64,000 nucleotides of DNA from the NCBI GenBank assembly GCA_964291235.2, contig OZ219816.1:640001-704000 (forward strand), read 5' to 3'. Each line of letters begins with the position of its first letter. Position 1 is the first letter of the stretch. Positions 57,540 to 64,000 of the stretch are shown here, one piece after another. Both the position numbers and the translations under genes were made by a program. Origin of the DNA: Vicinamibacteria bacterium (GTDB lineage: Bacteria; Acidobacteriota; Vicinamibacteria; Marinacidobacterales; Marinacidobacteraceae). The notes below the pieces were generated by a model. It saw only the letters and a program-made list of their open reading frames with translations, had not been told where the DNA came from and did not search any database.

Positions 57540-60500
57540 ATGAACACTGGACGAACCCTTCGCGTCCCGCTCGCCGCGGGCGCCGCACTGGTGCTGGTTG
57601 CGCCCCTCGTTTTCGCGCAGGGCAGCCATCACGACTACGACGAGCACTTCGACGAGGCGAATGTCACCGTCCCTCCGGAGTACTACGAGGAGATGCAGTT
57701 TCGCGCCGTCGGGTTCACCCGCGGCGGTCGCTCGACGGCGGCGGTGGGCGTTCCCGGCGACCCGCTGACCTACTACTTCGGGGGCACCGGCGGCGGTATC
57801 TTCAAGACGACCGACGCGGGGCACAACTGGACGAACGTCAGCGACGGCTTCTTCGGAGTGGGTGCCGTGGGCGCCATCGGGGTGGCCCCTTCGGACGTGA
57901 ACGTGGTCTATGTCGGCACCGGCTCCGCCTGCCCGCGCGGGAACATCTCGGTGGGCGACGGGATGTACCGCTCGACGGACGCCGGCAAGACGTGGGAGCA
58001 CATCGGCCTGCGCCACGCGGGCCAGATTGGCGCCATTTCCGTCCATCCGGAGAATCCGGACCTCGTGTATGTCGCGGCGCTCGGCTACATCTTCGGCGCG
58101 AACGAGGACCGCGGGATCTTCCGGTCCCGCGATGGCGGGGAAACCTGGGAGAAGGTGTTCTTCCTCTCCGACCGCACCGGGTTCGTGGACATCCAGATGG
58201 ACCCGAACAATCCGCGGATCCTCTACGCCGGCGCGTGGCGCGCCGAGCGGAAGCCCTGGTCGATGATTTCGGGCAGCGAGGACGGAGGGATCTACCGGAG
58301 CAAGGACGGCGGCGACACCTGGGCGAAGGTCGAAGGCGGGCTCCCCGGCGGGATGGTGGGCAAGACGGCGATCGCCATCTCCCCGGCGAACTCGGACCGC
58401 ATCTGGGTGCTGATCGAGGTCGAGGGCGACGAGGGCGGCCTCTACCGGTCCGACGACGGCGGCGAGAGCTTCACCCGGATCAACGGGGACGCGAACCTGC
58501 GGCAGCGCCCCTGGTACTACATCCACATCTATGCCGACCCCCAGGACGAGAACACGATCTACGGCCTGAACGTGGGCTTCCACAAGTCCATTGACGGCGG
58601 CCGGACGTTCCCGGAACGGATCCGGGTGCCGCACGGCGACAACCACGACCTCTGGATCAACCCGGACAACCCGATGAACATGATCAACGCGAACGACGGC
58701 GGCGCGAACGTGTCGTTCGACGGCGGCACGAGCTGGACCGACCTGAACGGACAGGAAACCTCCGAGATGTACCGGGTGTACGTGGACGACCAGTGGCCCT
58801 ACCGGATCTACGGTTCGCAGCAGGACAACAGCACCATCTCGGTGCCGTCCCGCGGCGGATTCAGCGTCGTTCCGGATTGGTATCAGGTCGGCGGCTGCGA
58901 GAGCGGGCACATCGCGGTGGACCCCCGCGATCCGGACATCATCTACGCGGGTTGCTACGGCGGCGCGATCACGCGCGTGAACCGGAAGACCGGCGAGTTC
59001 CGGCAGATCCTCCACTACCCGCAGCTCCAGCTCGGACAGGCGGCGCGGGATCTCAACTACCGGTTCCAGTGGAACGCGCCGATCCGGCTGTCGCCGCACG
59101 ATCCGGACATCCTCTACCACGCCTCGCAGGTGGTGCACATGTCCCGGGACGAGGGCCAGAGCTGGCAGGTGATCAGCCCCGACCTGACCACCAACGACCC
59201 CGAACACCAGGACTACGCGGGAGGTCCGATCACCCGCGACAGCACCGGCGTCGAGGTGTACAACACCGTCTTCTCGTTCGAGGAATCGCCGCACACGCCC
59301 GCCGAACTGTGGGCCGGCAGCGACGACGGCCGCGTCCACATCTCCCGCGACCGCGGCGAGACGTGGACGGAGATCACTCCCGAGGGCATGCCGGAAGGGG
59401 GCACCGTCAACGTCATCGAGATGTCCTCCCACGATCCCGCGCGGGTGTTCATCGCGGTGTACCGCTACCGGGAGAACGACTTCCGGCCGTACATCTTCCG
59501 GACGGGCGACGCGGGGGAGAGCTGGGATCTGCTGACCGACGGAACGAACGGAATTCCGCCGACGCACTTCACCCGCGCCATCCGCGAGGATCACGACCGC
59601 AAGGGGCTGCTCTACGCGGGAACCGAGTTCGGGCTCTACGTCTCGTTCGACGACGGCGCGCACTGGCAACGATTCCAGAACAACCTTCCGGTGAGCCCCA
59701 TTACCGATCTGCAGGTTCACCGGAAGGACCTGGTAATTGCGACCCAGGGCCGGTCCTTCTGGGTGCTCGACGACCTGAGCCCGCTCCACCAGGTCACCGA
59801 CGAGACGATGGCCGCGGAGTCGGTGCTCTATGCGCCCCGCACGGCCTATCGCGGCGGTTTTGTAGCTGCGGCCCAGATCCAGTACCACCTGAAGAGCGAG
59901 CCCGAATCCGCGATCACGCTGGAGATCCTGGATTCCGAGGGGAACTCGGTGCGGAAGGTCACCGGCCAGCCCGGCGCCGCGGCTCCGAGCGGTCCGGTCT
60001 CGCCGTTCGCGGCCTTCTTCGGCGGCGGTGCGCGGGCCCGGCTACCGGCCGCGGCGGGCCTCAATTCGTTCCGCTGGAACCTTCGCAGCGAGGGCATCCA
60101 GCGGCCGCCCGGCGTGGTGCATTGGGGCGGCACCCCAGGGCTCTCGGTGCTCCCGGGAGCCTACGAGGTTCGTCTGACGGTTGGAGAGGAAACCCACACG
60201 CAGCCGCTCGAGGTGGCGATGAATCCGAACCTCTCCTCCACCGCCGAGGATCTCGCGAAGCAGCGTGAACTCGGCGAGACCGTAGCCGGTGAGATTACGA
60301 AGCTCTTCGATGCGCTCAACCGGCTCCGCGACGTCAAGTCCCAGGCGGGAGACATCGTCGGACGGCTCCGGAAGGCCGGGAAGGCGGACGAGGAACTCGG
60401 GACGCTGAGCAAGGCGCTCACCGACCGCCTGACCGAGATCGAGGAGACGATCACCCAGACGAGCAGCAAGTCGTCGCAGGACCCGATCAACTTCCCGCCG

Positions 60501-60719
60501 CAGATCGACAACCAGTTGGTGACGCTCTACGGATACATCGTGCAGGCGGACTACGAGCCGACGGCCGGTGCCTATGAGCGCTTCGACGACCTGAAGCCGG
60601 ACCTGGATGCCATCCACGCTGACCTCGAGGCCGCCATGTCGGAGCACCTCACCCTCTTCAACGAGCGGGTAGCGAGCCTCGGCGTCCCGGCGGTGCTGGT
60701 AGCCACGGAGGAGAACTGA
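57540..60719 (+). CDS. Secreted VPS10/BNR-repeat beta-propeller glycosyl-hydrolase-like protein
   Basis: Signal peptide, many Asp-box repeats (KTTDAGHNW, RSTDAGKTW, RSRDGGETW, SFDDGAHW), HGDNHDLWINP, ISPDLT, ATQGRSFWVLDDL. Confidence 0.85.
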   Translation: MNTGRTLRVPLAAGAALVLVAPLVFAQGSHHDYDEHFDEANVTVPPEYYEEMQFRAVGFTRGGRSTAAVGVPGDPLTYYFGGTGGGIFKTTDAGHNWTNVSDGFFGVGAVGAIGVAPSDVNVVYVGTGSACPRGNISVGDGMYRSTDAGKTWEHIGLRHAGQIGAISVHPENPDLVYVAALGYIFGANEDRGIFRSRDGGETWEKVFFLSDRTGFVDIQMDPNNPRILYAGAWRAERKPWSMISGSEDGGIYRSKDGGDTWAKVEGGLPGGMVGKTAIAISPANSDRIWVLIEVEGDEGGLYRSDDGGESFTRINGDANLRQRPWYYIHIYADPQDENTIYGLNVGFHKSIDGGRTFPERIRVPHGDNHDLWINPDNPMNMINANDGGANVSFDGGTSWTDLNGQETSEMYRVYVDDQWPYRIYGSQQDNSTISVPSRGGFSVVPDWYQVGGCESGHIAVDPRDPDIIYAGCYGGAITRVNRKTGEFRQILHYPQLQLGQAARDLNYRFQWNAPIRLSPHDPDILYHASQVVHMSRDEGQSWQVISPDLTTNDPEHQDYAGGPITRDSTGVEVYNTVFSFEESPHTPAELWAGSDDGRVHISRDRGETWTEITPEGMPEGGTVNVIEMSSHDPARVFIAVYRYRENDFRPYIFRTGDAGESWDLLTDGTNGIPPTHFTRAIREDHDRKGLLYAGTEFGLYVSFDDGAHWQRFQNNLPVSPITDLQVHRKDLVIATQGRSFWVLDDLSPLHQVTDETMAAESVLYAPRTAYRGGFVAAAQIQYHLKSEPESAITLEILDSEGNSVRKVTGQPGAAAPSGPVSPFAAFFGGGARARLPAAAGLNSFRWNLRSEGIQRPPGVVHWGGTPGLSVLPGAYEVRLTVGEETHTQPLEVAMNPNLSSTAEDLAKQRELGETVAGEITKLFDALNRLRDVKSQAGDIVGRLRKAGKADEELGTLSKALTDRLTEIEETITQTSSKSSQDPINFPPQIDNQLVTLYGYIVQADYEPTAGAYERFDDLKPDLDAIHADLEAAMSEHLTLFNERVASLGVPAVLVATEEN

Positions 60720-60723
60720 CGAC

Positions 60724-60947
60724 CAGGAGCGCCGGCCTCCGGCCGGCATCGCGGCCGCAGGCCGCGAAACTCCCGTAGTGCATCAGCCGCACAGCACCCA
60801 GCCAAACGAGGACGGCCGTAGCGCGTTTGCCGCCGCACGAGTGACGCTGCGCCATGCCGCTGGGCTGCGGCGCCATCCTGAACGATCGGGTTCGGAAGTT
60901 TCGCCTTGCCTTGCTCGGCGATGCCAGCCGGGAGGCTGGCGCTCCTG
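60724..60947. repeat. Single diverged copy of the REP/REPIN-like element
   Basis: Near-perfect terminal inverted repeat CAGGAGCGCCGGCCTCCGGCCGGCATCGC...GCGATGCCAGCCGGGAGGCTGGCGCTCCTG. Same internal stems as the 55323 array. Confidence 0.85.
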
Positions 60948-60989
60948 TTCTTTCCCCCGGTCAGCGCTGCGTAGGGGCAGGAGCTGCCG

Positions 60990-61402
60990 GAACCATGGTC
61001 AAGTCGCGCCGAGCCATGGTCAAACCGCCGGAGCCATGGTCAAATCGGCCGGAACCATGGTCAAAGCCATGGTCAAAGTCCGAATTCCGGCTCTTTCTCC
61101 CGCAAATTCGGGGAATTTCCAGTTTTCGGCCGGGCACGGCCCACCGGGGAGGAACGGCCTTTTCCGCCGAATTCGAGTGTTTCTACCTGCTCTCTTCGGT
61201 GTGTGATTTCCGAATTGGTTTCGTGGAGAAACCGGAACCGGCCTGCTTCGAGCGCGGTCGGCAGCGTGGAGCGCGGGATCAAGCCATGGTCAAACCGATC
61301 CGGAACCATGGTCAAATCGACCCCGAGCCATGGTGAAACGACCCCGAGCCATGGTCAAACGACCCCGAGCCATGGTCAAATCGACCGCGAACCATGGTCA
61401 AC
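60990..61402. repeat. Two clusters (5+6) of (G/A)CCATGGTCAAA direct repeats with ~21-bp period
   Basis: CCATGG at 60993, 61014, 61034, 61055, 61067 and at 61284, 61306, 61328, 61349, 61370, 61392. Confidence 0.9.
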
Positions 61403-61434
61403 CTGCACCGGACGTGCGATTGGAGGATGACTCC

Positions 61435-62472
61435 GTGAGGCTGCCTATCGATCGTCGGTCTGCACTTTGGTTGTTGGGCGGGGTGGGCGCCGCGCCGCTT
61501 CTCGCATCCGCTCGTTCCCGCGGGCTCCAGCCGGACCTGATCCGGCCGCCCCGCATCCAGCCCGGCGACGTGTTCGGCCTGGTAAGCCCGGCGACCGCCG
61601 CCTTCGAGACCGACCCGACCGAAGTGTTCGCCGACGCGTTCCGGGCGGTGGGGCTCGAACCGCGCCTGGGAACCAACTACTACGAGCGGCGCGGCTACTT
61701 CGCCGGCAGCGACGCCGAGCGGGCCGCGGACATCATGGAGTTCTTTGCCGACCCGGGGGTGAAGGGGATCTTCGCCCGCGGCGGGTGGGGTTCAGCGCGG
61801 GTTCTGCCGCATCTGGACTACGACCTGATCCGCTCGAATCCGAAGGTGCTCCTCGGTTACAGCGACGCGACGGCCCTCCTGATGGGAGTCCACGCGAAGA
61901 CGGGTCTGATCGTCATGCACGGCCCGGGCCCCGGAAACCGCTTTTCGACAGAACACTTCCGCCGCACCCTGATGGATGGCGAAGCGGACCTGCTCGAAAA
62001 CCTGGTCGAGGATCCGGGGGACCACATCGTGCCCAGGGAGCACCGGATCCGCACCATCACCGGCGGGCGCGCCAGTGGGCCGCTCCTGGGCGGCAATCTG
62101 ACGGTGCTCACCGCGATCATGGGTTCGGAGTACCTGCCCGACTTCACCGGGGCAATCCTTTTTCTCGAAGACGTGGACGAGGCGGTGTACCGGGTGGACC
62201 GGATGCTGACCACCCTCAAGCTCGCCGGGGTGCTCGACCGCATCGCCGGATTCATCTTCGGCCGCTGCACCGACTGCGACCCCGGCTCGGGGTTTGGTTC
62301 GCTCACGCTGGAACAGCTATTCGAGGATCACATCGCTCCGCTCGGCATCCCGGCGTTCCGGGGCAGCATGATCGGGCACATCCCCGAACAGTTCACGCTT
62401 CCCATCGGGGGACGCGCCGAGCTGGACGCCGACCAGGGCACCATCCGCCTGCTGGAACCCGCCGTCCTGTAA
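61435..62472 (+). CDS. LD-carboxypeptidase (peptidase S66) with a Tat-like signal
   Basis: IDRRSAL twin-arginine leader, ARGGWG, GYSDAT (catalytic Ser), GGNL, FLEDVDE (Glu), IGH (His), GGAGG RBS. Confidence 0.9.
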   Translation: MRLPIDRRSALWLLGGVGAAPLLASARSRGLQPDLIRPPRIQPGDVFGLVSPATAAFETDPTEVFADAFRAVGLEPRLGTNYYERRGYFAGSDAERAADIMEFFADPGVKGIFARGGWGSARVLPHLDYDLIRSNPKVLLGYSDATALLMGVHAKTGLIVMHGPGPGNRFSTEHFRRTLMDGEADLLENLVEDPGDHIVPREHRIRTITGGRASGPLLGGNLTVLTAIMGSEYLPDFTGAILFLEDVDEAVYRVDRMLTTLKLAGVLDRIAGFIFGRCTDCDPGSGFGSLTLEQLFEDHIAPLGIPAFRGSMIGHIPEQFTLPIGGRAELDADQGTIRLLEPAVL

Positions 62473-62615
62473 GGACTTACGGCCGTTTCGCGGTGTTAGA
62501 CTGGCGGCGGGTCGGGAGAACCTTGACGCTTCCGCAGCGCGGAACCCACACCTTGACACCTGACAGTCCGACGAACCCGCCGGGGTTCGATAGCCGTGAA
62601 TCGGCTGGAGGAAGT

Positions 62616-62885
62616 GTGAAGAGGAAAGAGTGGATTCCGTTCGTATCGCTCGGGGTCTTTATGGCGGTGATGAACCTCACCATCGCCGCGTTTGGTTTTG
62701 AGCGGATCGACCGCCTCGAAACGCGGATGGACCGCCTGGAAGCGCGTATCGACCGCATCGACGACAGGCTGAGCGGCCTGGAGCAGCGGGTCTCCCGGAT
62801 TGAGGGAGTTCTGCTGCTGGGGGTGGAGCGACCCGACGCGGGTGCTTCTCCACCCGGCGGCAGGCTCGAAGAACCCAAGCGTTAG
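62616..62885 (+). CDS. Small membrane-anchored coiled-coil protein
   Basis: GGAGG RBS plus GTG start, one TM helix, then heptads RIDRLET-RMDRLEA-RIDRIDD-RLSGLEQ-RVSRIEG. Confidence 0.65.
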   Translation: MKRKEWIPFVSLGVFMAVMNLTIAAFGFERIDRLETRMDRLEARIDRIDDRLSGLEQRVSRIEGVLLLGVERPDAGASPPGGRLEEPKR

Positions 62886-62939
62886 GGGCTTCCGTCTCGC
62901 CGGGAGACTTGAGAAGTCTTCCTGGGCGCCTGAAATTCC

Positions 62940-62965
62940 GAAATAACTAGTGTTATAGTTATTTC
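62940..62965. promoter_or_regulatory. ArsR-type operator palindrome
   Basis: Perfect 10-6-10 inverted repeat GAAATAACTA-GTGTTA-TAGTTATTTC, 4 nt before the arsR ATG. Confidence 0.7.
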
Positions 62966-62969
62966 TGTC

Positions 62970-63353
62970 ATGGCGGCACCCGAACCACTGACCGAGGAAC
63001 TGGCGGCCGGCAGTCTGGCCGCGCTCGGAAACCCGACGCGTCTCCGGCTCTACCGGTTGCTCGTGCGCGCGGGTCCGCCTGGACTTCCGGTCGGAGAGCT
63101 CGTTCGGACGCTCGAAACTCCGGCATCCACGCTCGCCCATCACCTTGCCTACCTCACCCGGGCGGGGCTCGTCGAGCAGGAACAGCACGGACGCGAGGTG
63201 CGGTCCCGCCCGGATTTCGCCGCCATGACCCGACTGATGACCTTTCTGACTGCCGAGTGCTGCACTGGTGCGCCTACGGCACGCTCCCCGGAGGATGCTT
63301 GTGTCCCGACTGCAACTTGCCCTGAATGTGACGAACCTCGAGAAGGCGATTGA
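62970..63353 (+). CDS. arsR: ArsR-family repressor with C-terminal Cys cluster
   Basis: LAALGNPTRLRLYRLLVRAGP.GL.VGEL...STLAHHL..L.RAGLV...FLTAECC.G. This is the C-terminal vicinal-Cys type. Confidence 0.9.
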   Translation: MAAPEPLTEELAAGSLAALGNPTRLRLYRLLVRAGPPGLPVGELVRTLETPASTLAHHLAYLTRAGLVEQEQHGREVRSRPDFAAMTRLMTFLTAECCTGAPTARSPEDACVPTATCPECDEPREGD

Positions 63354-63738
63354 TTTCTACTCGCGGATGTTCGCGACGCCCCCGGCGAAGGTGAAGCCCG
63401 GCTACGCGAACTTCGCGATCGCCGATCCGCCGCTCAAGCTGGTGCTCTTCGAGGGAAACGAGGGGGCGACCATCAACCACCTCGGGGTGGAGGTCGAAGC
63501 CGCGGGCCAGGTGCGGGCCGCCGAGGGCCGGCTCCGGGAGTCCGGGATCGAGACGACGGGGGTGGACGAGACTGTTTGCTGCTACGCGGAAAAGACGGAG
63601 ACCTGGGTCGCCGATCCCGACGGGGCGCGTTGGGAGTGGTACGTGAAATCCGGGGATGCGGAGCAGCTCCAGAATGTGGTGATTTCGGCGGATGCGGCGG
63701 AGGCGGAGAAGGGGGCACCCGCGGCCTGCTGTACCTGA
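63301..63738 (+). CDS. arsI: ArsI/CadI-family VOC metalloenzyme (organoarsenical C-As lyase-like)
   Basis: SRLQLALNV, FY..MF...PAKVKPGYANF....PPLKLVL, INHLGVEV, CCYA, WV.DPDG..WE.Y, C-terminal ACC. GGAGG RBS before the GTG. Confidence 0.88.
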   Translation: MSRLQLALNVTNLEKAIDFYSRMFATPPAKVKPGYANFAIADPPLKLVLFEGNEGATINHLGVEVEAAGQVRAAEGRLRESGIETTGVDETVCCYAEKTETWVADPDGARWEWYVKSGDAEQLQNVVISADAAEAEKGAPAACCT

Positions 63739-63862
63739 GACCAGCGGCCCGTAGGGCCGCGGGCGATTCCCGGCGCCGGGCGCAGGGCCGCGAGCATTCC
63801 CTGCCGATCGCCTTCACGAGATGCACGCCGAGAGGGGAGCCATCCCGACGCGGGGGTGCCGT

Positions 63863-64000
63863 CCCGCCGCCCCGCTTCGCGGGGCTGTGCCGATCTGGAG
63901 ATCGGCGTTCCCTGTCCTTTGTACCGCCGGGGCTGGCGGGGGCTGTGCCGAGACGGAAACATTTGGACGCTGGGGGGCCTTCCCGCCGCCCCGCTTCGCG
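63863..64000. repeat. Short GC-rich hairpin repeats at the right edge
   Basis: CCCGCCGCCCCGCTTCGCG at 63863 and 63982. GGGGCTGTGCCGA occurs twice. Confidence 0.5.

Noticed and set aside
56331-59888. 1185-aa minus-strand ORF and similar long antisense ORFs (1107-2057, 9562-11442, 33921-35594, 53927-55195)
   Set aside because: These are shadow ORFs opposite well-supported genes, expected at this GC content, with no recognisable motifs.
60990-61402. CRISPR array interpretation of the CCATGGTCAAA repeats
   Set aside because: Repeats (about 12 bp) and linkers (about 9 bp) are far too short, the linkers resemble each other, and there are no cas genes in the window.

Overview
A very GC-rich bacterial chromosomal segment made up mostly of core genes. 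The gene content (fused lptF/G, a FecR-DUF6600 protein, a DUF4097 ECF cluster, a VPS10/BNR-repeat protein) suggests Acidobacteriota; this is an inference. Gene order: nrdJ (truncated at the left edge), a sigma54-driven FecR/DUF6600 protein, UPF0158, glpX, an acyl-CoA dehydrogenase, an unusual double-domain RNase III, a HAMP-PP2C phosphatase, a GspC-like protein, ftsB, valS, metK, a sugar nucleotidyltransferase, lptFG, smc-murU-amgK-asnS-rimO, rimP-nusA-infB-DUF503-rbfA-truB, rpsO-pnp, purC, an ECF sigma/anti-sigma/DUF4097 operon, nrdR-ftcD, pgpA-cinA-thpR, ribD divergent from ribE-ribBA, efp-epmA, a VPS10-like hydrolase, an LD-carboxypeptidase and arsR-arsI. Most notable items: (1) a single-chain RNase III with Drosha/Dicer-like RIIIa-RIIIb-dsRBD-dsRBD architecture, where one domain keeps the catalytic acids and the other keeps only the trans-acting DEG motif; (2) tandem NrdR boxes upstream of both nrdJ and smc; (3) a NusA with a ~290-aa DRRDS repeat tail; (4) a helically phased 11-copy CCATGGTCAAA array; (5) several MITE/REP families; (6) probable CTG start codons. 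No tRNA, rRNA, CRISPR array or transposase gene was seen.
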